From: Candidatus Heimdallarchaeota archaeon
GTDB taxonomy: Archaea; Asgardarchaeota; Heimdallarchaeia; JABLTI01
Length of the DNA stretch: 64,000 nt
Direction: 5' to 3'
Assembly (NCBI GenBank): GCA_018238155.1
Contig: JABCTZ010000006.1
Location: forward strand, 7,321-71,320
Part shown: positions 19,715-28,486 of the stretch, one piece after another
How the letters are laid out: every line of letters starts with the position of its first letter
Position numbering within the stretch: the stretch's first letter is position 1
Position numbers and translations under genes: made by a program
The notes under the pieces: generated by a model
What the model was told of the DNA's origin: nothing
Seen by the model: only the letters and a program-made list of their open reading frames with translations
The model's database searches: none

Positions 19715-20857
19715 TTAAGCAGATGTAACAGTTTGCCAAACATAGATATTATCATAATATGAATCATCATTTGCAAAACTCACAAAACCGATGAAACCGT
19801 GAGAGAGTTGACTGTCTGCCCATGATAAAGTTGCTGTCTCAGAGTTATCAATAAATAGAGCACCATTTGATCCATCTGCAACAATTCTCCAAGAATACCA
19901 AACATTATTTGTTCTAGTCCAATCTGCTTCAGCAATTTTATACCAATTGAATCCATCTGCATCTCCTTCAACATAGTGAATGGTAATTTTGTTTTCAACA
20001 ATAATATCTCCTGGAGTTGCCCAATCAAAGTAGTCATGTCCGCCATCATGTGATGGGTTAGACGCGCCCGGATGGTTTCGTGTAAACCAAACACAGTAGA
20101 AATTTGGATAAGTACCTGAATCATCAAAACGATAAATGATTCCATTAGCATCATCGTCACCTGTTCGAAGATCATAAGTAATATTGACATCATAGAAGTC
20201 GCGTAAAGGATCTTCTAAGACAATGAATTGACAATCGTTATTCGTACATTCAGCAAAATGATTTCCACCTTGCTCAGAAATTTTCCAATCAGCAATTGTG
20301 TGTGTTCCACCACCATGAGTAGCCATAAGATAATGTGTCCATTCATTTAGGTCAATTGCAGATTCAAAATTATTTTCATATTGCAAAACAAAATGACTGA
20401 ATTTAGCAGAAACTTTGATTTCTATTTCTATTGTACTATCTTTGTCATATGCAAATGTAAATACCGCAAGCTCTCCATATCCGAATTCATGTACAGCATC
20501 TGCCGCAGAACATTTAACATCAACACTTGACCCTTGAACAATTGAGTAAGCCTCAGTTTTCAAAGTCCAATTAACCGTTACACCATTTTTAGTGACAACA
20601 ACTTCACTAATTATTGCTTCAGCAGTACCAATGTTGTTAATTGAAACTGTTAAGGAATCTGCAAATGGAGTAGCATCTTTATTCTCTAAATCATAATCCA
20701 TAACAATGAGCTGACCATCCCCTTTAAGTAAGGGTACGACAACAAAATAGACAATAGCTGCAGCAGTCACAGTAAGTGCTATTAATAATATCGTAGCAAT
20801 TACAGGAGAAACTGCTTTTCTTCTTGCCCATAGACTTTTTACTTTGTTTGATATCAT
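19715..20857 (-). CDS. Archaeal type IV pilin-like protein (class III signal peptide) with a C-terminal ConA/LamG-like lectin domain
   Basis: The N-terminus RRKAVSPVIATILLIALTVTAAAIVYFVV is the archaeal prepilin motif. The C-terminus (DFYDVNITYDLRTGDDDANGIIYRFDD ... HGFIGFVSFANDDSYYDNIYVW) looks like a DUF1080/LamG-type jelly roll. Confidence 0.7.
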   Translation of the reverse strand: MISNKVKSLWARRKAVSPVIATILLIALTVTAAAIVYFVVVPLLKGDGQLIVMDYDLENKDATPFADSLTVSINNIGTAEAIISEVVVTKNGVTVNWTLKTEAYSIVQGSSVDVKCSAADAVHEFGYGELAVFTFAYDKDSTIEIEIKVSAKFSHFVLQYENNFESAIDLNEWTHYLMATHGGGTHTIADWKISEQGGNHFAECTNNDCQFIVLEDPLRDFYDVNITYDLRTGDDDANGIIYRFDDSGTYPNFYCVWFTRNHPGASNPSHDGGHDYFDWATPGDIIVENKITIHYVEGDADGFNWYKIAEADWTRTNNVWYSWRIVADGSNGALFIDNSETATLSWADSQLSHGFIGFVSFANDDSYYDNIYVWQTVTSA

Positions 20858-21022
20858 AATTGAACCTCAATAAAGAAATTTCGTTCTAATGTTCTTAAAT
20901 TATGAATAAAAAACTATTTTTTAAGGCAAATTCGACTGAAAGAACACAATTTGGATGAAACATCAAAGGTAAACTGATTATCTAAATTAAGTCGTTTGTT
21001 ACGTTACAATAAAATATCTATA

Positions 21023-21844
21023 TTATGCTATTTTGTTAGCAATGTTAAGGGATTGCTGAACACCTTTTTTTGGGATAATCACTTTTACCTCTGGAAAATG
21101 TTTCTCCATTTTTTGGAGAAAGTCATCTAAATTAACCTCATATGTTATGGGCGGGAATGTATCATCAATATGATGAAGCATAATTGCTTTTGGTTTAAAT
21201 GAGCGAATAACTTTCATGGTTTTTGGGATAATCCTTGAGCTACCCATTAACGGAAGTAATAAGAGATTTGTTGAAGATGACCTAAACGTTTTAAGCTCAT
21301 TTCTAGTTGTTCCCGCTGATCCCCAGTGATGCAAAACAAAGAGCTCATTATTATCTTCGTCACAATTGCTAATTCTAAAACTAAAAACAGATCTTTTTGG
21401 ATATTTTTTACTCAAAGTTAAAAATGGTTTCATTTCTCGAAGGAGGCCAATTTTCTTCTTTAATTGTCTCAAGATAAGTAATGCATCTATATGAACGTGT
21501 GCAGATTTAATTGGTTTAACAGTTATTGACCCGAAACGGAAAAGCATACCTTTTTCTAAAACTCTCAGTTTTTGAGTAGGAACACCTAAATTTGTGAGAT
21601 CTTTAGCAGTTTTTTTGGAACAATGAACTAGTATATCTCTCGAAGCAACTATTTCTGGAACAGAAAGAGAATGATCAAAATGTCCATGAGTAAGAAAAAT
21701 TGCTTCTGATTTGTCTGCAAATTTATTGATTATTGTTTTTTCAGAGGATAAAGCGGGATTCATAGGAAAAAAGGGATCAATAAGGATTCCGTTTTCAGCT
21801 GCTGAAATGTGAAATCCTGCGGTACCCAACCAAGTGATCTTCAT
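21023..21844 (-). CDS. Metallo-beta-lactamase-fold hydrolase
   Basis: Carries the HxHxDH motif (FLTHGHFDHS). Confidence 0.8.
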   Translation of the reverse strand: MKITWLGTAGFHISAAENGILIDPFFPMNPALSSEKTIINKFADKSEAIFLTHGHFDHSLSVPEIVASRDILVHCSKKTAKDLTNLGVPTQKLRVLEKGMLFRFGSITVKPIKSAHVHIDALLILRQLKKKIGLLREMKPFLTLSKKYPKRSVFSFRISNCDEDNNELFVLHHWGSAGTTRNELKTFRSSSTNLLLLPLMGSSRIIPKTMKVIRSFKPKAIMLHHIDDTFPPITYEVNLDDFLQKMEKHFPEVKVIIPKKGVQQSLNIANKIA

Positions 21845-21874
21845 AAAATTATTCCTTCAATTTTTGTTAAAAGA

Positions 21875-22819
21875 TTATTTCTTCTCTGCCTTTATATTTT
21901 TTTTCTCATCAAAGTAGAGGAGGTAATTTTCACCTAAAATGAATTTTATTTGATTATGTAATTCCGTATTTCTTTCTTTAAGCCAGCGGAGAGCATGTTT
22001 AAGAGTCCAAATTAGATAGAAATTTTCTGCTCCTAACTCTTTTTTGGTTTTTGAGGATAAATTATCAGTCACTGTAATTTCGGCTTCTTTAATCCATTCT
22101 CTTACTAAAGTTAGAATTTTCTCAGGCATATATTTCGTTAAATCTTTTAGATTGTTACCCACTGATTTTCTTACGTAAATAGAAGAGTCAGCTTTGTTTA
22201 AGGCCAAAATCTCTAAAATACAATCGTTTTTCTTGGGATCCCTTAACCATTTTATGTCAGCAAGGGGACGTAAACTTTCAATAGACAATCTCCTCAAATT
22301 GTCACTTTCTGATGTAGACCACTCTTTGAGAATTGCTAGAGATTTTATTGGAAAAACTTTCAAACCTTTTCTAATCACTTGTCCACTCATTTCTCTTATT
22401 TCCCAATGTGGATGCTCTGCCCAGATCTTTGTTTGGAGCATGGCTTTTTGAAAATTCTCTTCAGAAAAAGTTGCAAGTTCACCCATTAAGGCTATAGCAT
22501 AATTCTTCATATGGTTGTTCCGATTAGAATCTGGATGTGCAAAAAGAGCAGCTATGAATGCAAAGGAATCAATATGTTGAACTTTGTGTAAATAATTCCC
22601 CGAAACCTCAGCAACAATCTTTGATATGTAAACGCTTCCTTTGCCTATCCGCTCTCTCTCAGGAATTAAATTATATTCCTTTTCTAAAAAAGATTCAATC
22701 TTCATGAGATTTTTATTTAACACAATGGTTTGGCAAATTTTTTCATTATTCAGAAATTTCATTGTTCTTTCTGTTATTTTCCCTTTAGAGCTAATTGATA
22801 CCACTAGAAGACATCTCAC
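21875..22819 (-). CDS. DNA alkylation repair enzyme family (HEAT-like repeat) protein
   Basis: Typical family segments are present: HPHWEIREMSGQVIRKGL, SDNLRRLSIESLRP, IYVRKSVGNNLKD. The start may be the internal Met at 22762. Confidence 0.65.
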   Translation of the reverse strand: MRCLLVVSISSKGKITERTMKFLNNEKICQTIVLNKNLMKIESFLEKEYNLIPERERIGKGSVYISKIVAEVSGNYLHKVQHIDSFAFIAALFAHPDSNRNNHMKNYAIALMGELATFSEENFQKAMLQTKIWAEHPHWEIREMSGQVIRKGLKVFPIKSLAILKEWSTSESDNLRRLSIESLRPLADIKWLRDPKKNDCILEILALNKADSSIYVRKSVGNNLKDLTKYMPEKILTLVREWIKEAEITVTDNLSSKTKKELGAENFYLIWTLKHALRWLKERNTELHNQIKFILGENYLLYFDEKKNIKAEKK

Positions 22820-23211
22820 AATATTTCTAATTAAGATAGTTCATATAAACTTGACTTTCAATTAAAAATATTCTGAATAATTTTTTTCTATGAGATGTTA
22901 ATGGACATCACAGAAAGAATCCAAAGAGCACTTCAATATCTGTGTAATGAATAAACAGAAATAGTCTCAAGGGACTGCTAAATTTTTGCTATTCCGATAG
23001 CTTCTGTTCCAGTTAATCTTTTTGAGGTTTCCAAAATAAGCAATTTAGATTTGGAGAGTCAATAAGCAGTATGGTTATTATTTTGAATGAAAAATAGAGG
23101 AAACCATTCTTACTTCATTATTTGTAGTGTATTCAAAAAAAATAAAAAAGATTCGTAAGATAACAAAAAAATAAATTAAATATTCTTTTAAAAACAAGAA
23201 TGAAAAAAGCT

Positions 23212-23445
23212 TTATCCGCCCTCTGTACGGGCGATTAGATATACTTTTTCATAATCGGTAATTCCAACTTCTTCAAATGTTTCGTTATCATCAAGTTGTC
23301 TTCCACGGAAAACAACGATTACCGCACTTGCAGGAATTCTCTTTTGTCGTGAGATTTCCCTTTTCAATTCAGCAATAGTTGAATTGGGTTTCACTTCACA
23401 GTCGATAACCCCGCCACCAATTGCAGATACAACCCTGACAATCAT
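23212..23445 (-). CDS. Ubiquitin-like beta-grasp protein terminating in Gly-Gly
   Basis: 77 aa. It aligns colinearly by hand with ubiquitin (E-V-x-P-x-x-T-I, I-P, F-x-G-x-Q-L-x-D, final R-x-x-G-G). The stop codon follows GG directly. Confidence 0.8.
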   Translation of the reverse strand: MIVRVVSAIGGGVIDCEVKPNSTIAELKREISRQKRIPASAVIVVFRGRQLDDNETFEEVGITDYEKVYLIARTEGG

Positions 23446-23564
23446 TTTAATTTTTCACCTTAGTTTTAATTTTATATTAACTGTATAGATTTTTTCTCTA
23501 CTAGAGTTTTAGCTAATATACAATATAAACCATTTCAAATGGAACATTAGCTAATCACACCTAT

Positions 23565-24326
23565 TTATTCAGTAACTATTTCTTTATGTTTATTTATTAA
23601 AGCTCCCATCAAGCCTCCTCCAAAGCCATTATCAATATTTACTACTGCTACATTTGGTGCACAGCTGTTTAACATGGTTAGCATTGCAGAAATTCCTTTC
23701 ATATTTGCTCCATAACCAATAGATGTTGGAACGGCAATTACAGGACAAGCAGCGAGACCTGCAACAACAGAAGGAAGCGCTCCTTCCATACCAGCTATGG
23801 CTACAATGGCATTCGCAGAGAATATCTTATCACGATGATGAAGCAAGCGATGTATGCCAGCAACTCCAACATCATAAATCCGAGTAATATTTGCACCCAT
23901 TATTTCAGCTGTTAGAGCGGCTTCTTCGGCAACGGGAATATCTGCAGTACCGCCACAAATAATCAATAAAGAACCAACCTTTTTTCTTTGTATTCTATTA
24001 AGATATATTATTCTTGCTTGCGAACAAAATTGTAAGTTCTCATCAACTTTCTTCAATTCGATATAGATTTTCTCAGTTGCACGTGTTAATAGAATATTCT
24101 CATTTCGCTTACTAAGAGAAGTATATATACCTTTGATTTGTTCTATAGTTTTTCCTGGACAATAAACAACTTCTGGAAAACCTTTCCTTAAAGCTCGGTG
24201 ATGATCAACTTTTGCATAACCAAGGTCCTCATAAGGAAAATCTTTGAGTCTTGCTAATACAGCGTTAAGAGAAACGCGGTCTTCTTTATACTCTTCCAAT
24301 AATTTCTTCAATTTATTTTGATCCAC
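23565..24326 (-). CDS. larB: Nickel-pincer cofactor biosynthesis protein LarB (PurE-like carboxylase/hydrolase)
   Basis: AKVDHHRALRKGFPEVVYCPGKTIEQI, plus a PurE-like C-terminal half (ICGGTADIPVAEEA ... AGMEGALPSVVAG). Confidence 0.85.
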   Translation of the reverse strand: MDQNKLKKLLEEYKEDRVSLNAVLARLKDFPYEDLGYAKVDHHRALRKGFPEVVYCPGKTIEQIKGIYTSLSKRNENILLTRATEKIYIELKKVDENLQFCSQARIIYLNRIQRKKVGSLLIICGGTADIPVAEEAALTAEIMGANITRIYDVGVAGIHRLLHHRDKIFSANAIVAIAGMEGALPSVVAGLAACPVIAVPTSIGYGANMKGISAMLTMLNSCAPNVAVVNIDNGFGGGLMGALINKHKEIVTE

Positions 24327-24367
24327 GCTTTTATCACCTTAGAATTATTTTCTAATTTAAGCTATGT

Positions 24368-25171
24368 CTACTTCCGAGTTTTATTCATTGAACCCTTCTT
24401 ATATCCATTTAAATCCAATGTCGTATAATCGAAACCAATTTCTTTAAATTTAGATGTTATTTTCTCGGCATTCTCAATGAGAAGTGAAAAATTATCCGGT
24501 GATACTTCAACTCGAACAAGTAAACCATGAACGCGGACACGAAGTCGAAGAATACCTAATTCTTTCAAATATTCTTCTGCTTCATAAACCATAGCTAACT
24601 TTTCTTTAGTTATTTTCTCTCCAAAGAAAAATCGCGTAGCTAGACATGGAGATGAAGGTTTGTCCCAGCAGGATAAGCTAAGCTGTTTTGAGAGTAATCT
24701 AATTTCTTCTTTCGTTAACCGTGCATCGATTAAGGGACTTTTAACAGAATATTCTTGAACTGCTTGATAACCTGGTCGATAATCATCTAAATCATCAAAA
24801 TTAGAACCTTCAATTAGTTGTCCGGAAATGCGTTGTGTTCTACAATATTGTTGAATCTCTTCAATAGCACCTTTCTTACAAATATAACATCTATTAGGAG
24901 GATTATTTTCAAACCATGAGTAATCCATTTTTGAAGAGTCAATAATTAGATGCTTTATGCCAATTTTTTTAGCAAGTATTTTAGCTTCTTCGAGTTCATG
25001 ACTTGGAAATTGTGGAGTATCTAATGTTAGAGCAATCGCTTCATCACCTAACATATTAAAAGCAACTTGAGCTAAAAAAGTGCTGTCGACCCCTCCAGAG
25101 AAGGCAATTACTACCGCTTTCAATTCTGAAAGGATCTGTTCTAATTCATCTAATTTATTTGATGTATTCAT
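24368..25171 (-). CDS. larE: ATP-dependent sacrificial sulfur transferase LarE (PP-loop ATPase)
   Basis: PP-loop AFSGGVDSTFLA and the LarE cysteine motif SSPCLATRF. Confidence 0.85.
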   Translation of the reverse strand: MNTSNKLDELEQILSELKAVVIAFSGGVDSTFLAQVAFNMLGDEAIALTLDTPQFPSHELEEAKILAKKIGIKHLIIDSSKMDYSWFENNPPNRCYICKKGAIEEIQQYCRTQRISGQLIEGSNFDDLDDYRPGYQAVQEYSVKSPLIDARLTKEEIRLLSKQLSLSCWDKPSSPCLATRFFFGEKITKEKLAMVYEAEEYLKELGILRLRVRVHGLLVRVEVSPDNFSLLIENAEKITSKFKEIGFDYTTLDLNGYKKGSMNKTRK

Positions 25172-25194
25172 GATGTATCAAACAACAGGGAACT

Positions 25195-26496
25195 TTATGC
25201 TGTGGAATTGGAGAAAATAAAGTAAATTGTCATTACATCATTCCATGTCTTACCAAATTTATTACCCAAGTGAGCAGTGGCACTGATAGAGTAATTACCT
25301 CCTTCAATTAGTAATCCATTTTCTATCCAAGAACCGATACCAACAGTTTTTTGACCCTCAAAATTATAAACAAGCGTCCATCCACCTTCACCTAGAACTT
25401 CACCACTTGTCTGGTTAGTAACTGTTAAAGTGAAAGATTGGAACTTTTGATGCCAATGACCTGGATTATTTACAGTAACAGTCGTAAATACAAACCAATG
25501 TTTCCCTCCAGTAACATCATAGGAATCTGTTTTTTCGAATTTAAGATCAACAATTCCAAAATGTGAACCCCAAGTAGCATCTAAAGTATCAACTATTGGA
25601 ATTAAAATAACAAGTCCAAGAACAATACTTGGTAAAATAAAATGTTTCTTTTTCATTGCCTTTTTATAGAAATCTTTCAAAATACCTAAGAATGTTTTAT
25701 CGCCATTTAATTCAACAGCTTCCTTTTTGGAAGTTTTTTCTTTAGTACTGGTTTTCTTTCCAAAAACTTTCTTATCGTCAAAAACATCCGATTCCTCGTC
25801 CTCTTCGTCTTTTGAGGTCATGCTAAGAACAATGGATAATAGAAAGACAATACCAACAACAACAAAAAGTGCCGTTCGACCACCTGAACTTTGGAAATAG
25901 CTATAGATTCCACCAAGGTAGGGGATTCTGCCAACAATTTTACCTACTAATCGATCTTCATGGATATTTAATTCATCAATTCTAATAAACTCAATAAATG
26001 CTTGATTGGTTTCCCAATTATCACCTTTTGTAGTGAACCAATAATCACCTGTGGCATCCTGATAAACACGCGTCACTCTGTGTACAATCGGGACATCAAC
26101 ATCCTCTGTGTGATTAACATAATTAAAAACAATTGCATCTCCAACCTTAATTGTAGATGGATCGACACCTCGGACAATAAGCATATCTTTTCTAATATCA
26201 TTTTCTCCGCCAAAACTATCTCTATTTGAACCCCAATAAGATGGCTCCATAGATTCACTTGTAACTACAACGAGTGGAGAACTTGTATTGAGAAAAGCTC
26301 CTAGGATTTGATTGAAACTAAGCACTAAGACTACTGCAATAATGATGAAGAATCCAATTTCAATGATGTCTTTTCTCCAAGTAGTTTTACTTTGCTTTTT
26401 AGACTTCTTTTCTGTTTTTTGTGACAAATTTGTTGGCGTCCTTTTCCTATGAATATAGGAGAATAATTGATACATGAATAAAATACTTTTCCACAA
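25195..26496 (-). CDS. Signal peptidase I (Sec11/archaeal type) with a long C-terminal extension
   Basis: Motifs SESMEPS (catalytic Ser), IVHRV and TKGDNW follow an N-terminal TM. Then come a second TM, a K/E-rich linker, a third TM and a beta-rich ~140-aa domain. Confidence 0.8.
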   Translation of the reverse strand: MWKSILFMYQLFSYIHRKRTPTNLSQKTEKKSKKQSKTTWRKDIIEIGFFIIIAVVLVLSFNQILGAFLNTSSPLVVVTSESMEPSYWGSNRDSFGGENDIRKDMLIVRGVDPSTIKVGDAIVFNYVNHTEDVDVPIVHRVTRVYQDATGDYWFTTKGDNWETNQAFIEFIRIDELNIHEDRLVGKIVGRIPYLGGIYSYFQSSGGRTALFVVVGIVFLLSIVLSMTSKDEEDEESDVFDDKKVFGKKTSTKEKTSKKEAVELNGDKTFLGILKDFYKKAMKKKHFILPSIVLGLVILIPIVDTLDATWGSHFGIVDLKFEKTDSYDVTGGKHWFVFTTVTVNNPGHWHQKFQSFTLTVTNQTSGEVLGEGGWTLVYNFEGQKTVGIGSWIENGLLIEGGNYSISATAHLGNKFGKTWNDVMTIYFIFSNSTA

Positions 26497-26554
26497 TATT
26501 CCAAATATCGAGAGATAATAAGGATTATTAAGAGCTAACTAAATCTGTTTTCAT

Positions 26555-27109
26555 ATGAAACTTGAAAAGGCAATTGATGAGAAGTATAGTTTTATTCTTG
26601 TTGGATGTAATACTGTTAAAGAACGAGATGGTATGAGTGAATTATGGCATGTTCTAATTAAATATTGTAATATTTCTCCAATAGAAGCATTTGAACTGCC
26701 AATAAGAGGTCTCTATTTAATTGCTATTACAGAAAACCCACAAGAAATTGTTGCAGTAATTGGTTCAATTGTCAAAGAAAAAAAATTTGTTTTCCAGATG
26801 AGTAGAAAACTCATTCCGATAGATCAAATAATTGAAAGCTCTTTGGATTTACTTGCAGAAAGAATTACTCCTTATCTTAAACGAATTCACAAAAAAGATC
26901 AATGGAGAATCACAGTAAATAGAAGACATACTAATTTGAAAAAGGCTGAAATCATTGAAAAAATTGCTTTATTACCTCAAGCACCAAAAGGTAGAGTAAA
27001 CTTATCAAATCCGGATTGGGAAATTATCATTGAGATTTTTGGCAGATGGATTGGATTTAGCGTATGCCCTACAAATAGTATTTTAAAAATAGCTGAAAAT
27101 GAAATTTGA
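26555..27109 (+). CDS. THUMP-domain RNA-binding protein
   Basis: THUMP-like C-terminal half (WRITVNRRHTNLKKAEIIEKIA ... VNLSNPDWEIIIEIFGRWIGFSV). Confidence 0.65.
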   Translation: MKLEKAIDEKYSFILVGCNTVKERDGMSELWHVLIKYCNISPIEAFELPIRGLYLIAITENPQEIVAVIGSIVKEKKFVFQMSRKLIPIDQIIESSLDLLAERITPYLKRIHKKDQWRITVNRRHTNLKKAEIIEKIALLPQAPKGRVNLSNPDWEIIIEIFGRWIGFSVCPTNSILKIAENEI

Positions 27110-27128
27110 AATCAAAGTAATTATCATT

Positions 27129-27746
27129 TCATTTCCATATATTAAGCAAAGCTGATTTCTCAATTGCTATTTTTTCTATTATTTCATCTCGAGAGCTTTC
27201 TGATTTCTGGAGAAATAGATTTATTTCTTTCTCAGTTATTTCAAGATTTGCCAGAATTTTCTTTTCATTTCGCACTGAAAACCCCTCAATATTTAACTGG
27301 AAATTAGAAACTACAATATTCCTCACTTTCAAGAACTCTTCAAAATCAAAAAATCCCTTCTTTGAAGGAGAATGATTCACCTCAACATGATTTGATTTGA
27401 TATGTAAGGTTATTACTTCTTTGGATTCAATATTTAATCCAACTTTCTCGATTGCTTTGCTAATCTGTCTATAACCTGATAAATAAAGTAGAATTTCAGT
27501 ATTCAATGTTTTAGCTAGATTATTCTTCTGTTTAAAAGCTTGTAACGAATAGTGTATGCATGCTTTTAGATGTTGAAATCCTGCTACACTTCCCGAATCA
27601 ATGATTAAAAGATAATTGTGATCGCCAAGCATTTTTTTTTCTTCAAGGATCAGTTTCTTTACGATTTCAACAATCTGATCATTGGAGATTTTTTTGGTAA
27701 AGGTTGCAAGAGAGATTTCTATATGATGGGAACCTAACAGTATCAT
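27129..27746 (-). CDS. cgi121: KEOPS complex subunit Cgi121 with a ~90-aa C-terminal extension
   Basis: LIIDSGSVAGFQHLKACIHYSLQAFKQKNNLAKTLNTEILLYLSGYRQISKAIEKVGL matches the Cgi121 core signature (EILLY.SG.RQI..AI...G). Confidence 0.75.
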   Translation of the reverse strand: MILLGSHHIEISLATFTKKISNDQIVEIVKKLILEEKKMLGDHNYLLIIDSGSVAGFQHLKACIHYSLQAFKQKNNLAKTLNTEILLYLSGYRQISKAIEKVGLNIESKEVITLHIKSNHVEVNHSPSKKGFFDFEEFLKVRNIVVSNFQLNIEGFSVRNEKKILANLEITEKEINLFLQKSESSRDEIIEKIAIEKSALLNIWK

Positions 27747-27860
27747 AAACGTACACCATAATTTTCTTTACATGTGGTATCAATATAAAAACTTTTAATA
27801 TTCCTCTAAAGTTTGAATAAAACTAGAAGCATATAGAGATTAAATCAAAAAGTGAGCAAG

Positions 27861-28439
27861 ATGTCAGACAATATTATAGTATTTACACCTCAAAATATCT
27901 GGGATAAAATATTTGATTTAGCTCAAAATATCAAACAAGCAGAATTCTGTCCAGATATTATTATTGGGATCCTTAGAGGCGGGTTAGAGGTTACACGTAC
28001 ATTAAGTGATTTACTTGAAATAAAGCAAGTATCCACTATTGGTGTGGGTTTTTACAAGGGGATAAATGAAACTCTCAAGAAACCACAACTCACTCAGGAA
28101 TTAATCTATGATGTGAAAAATAAGCATGTTCTATTAGTAGATGATGTGGCTGATACAGGGAAAAGCATGGCTTTTGCATTGAAATACATGGAAACAAAAA
28201 AAGCTAGCACCATTAGAACTGCAACGATTCACCACAAACCACATTCAATATTTAAACCCAACTTTTTTGTTGAAGAGACATCAAATTGGATTGTCTATCC
28301 ATGGGAGTACGTTGAGTTTTCAAAACTTTTTATTAATAAACAAAGAACCAATAAAAAAACATATTATCAAATCGCAATCGAGCTTAAAAAATTGGGCATT
28401 CCAAAAAAAGTAGTAGATAATATTTTGCCTGAAAAATAA
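27861..28439 (+). CDS. Purine phosphoribosyltransferase (hypoxanthine/xanthine-guanine PRTase-like)
   Basis: PRPP loop VLLVDDVADTGKSM and the short archaeal HGPRT-like length. I preferred the ATG at 27861 to the GTG at 27852. Confidence 0.8.
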   Translation: MSDNIIVFTPQNIWDKIFDLAQNIKQAEFCPDIIIGILRGGLEVTRTLSDLLEIKQVSTIGVGFYKGINETLKKPQLTQELIYDVKNKHVLLVDDVADTGKSMAFALKYMETKKASTIRTATIHHKPHSIFKPNFFVEETSNWIVYPWEYVEFSKLFINKQRTNKKTYYQIAIELKKLGIPKKVVDNILPEK

Positions 28440-28486
28440 TAAAAAAAAGTTAATTATTTACCCTCTGTTTTTCAGAGAGCAAATGG

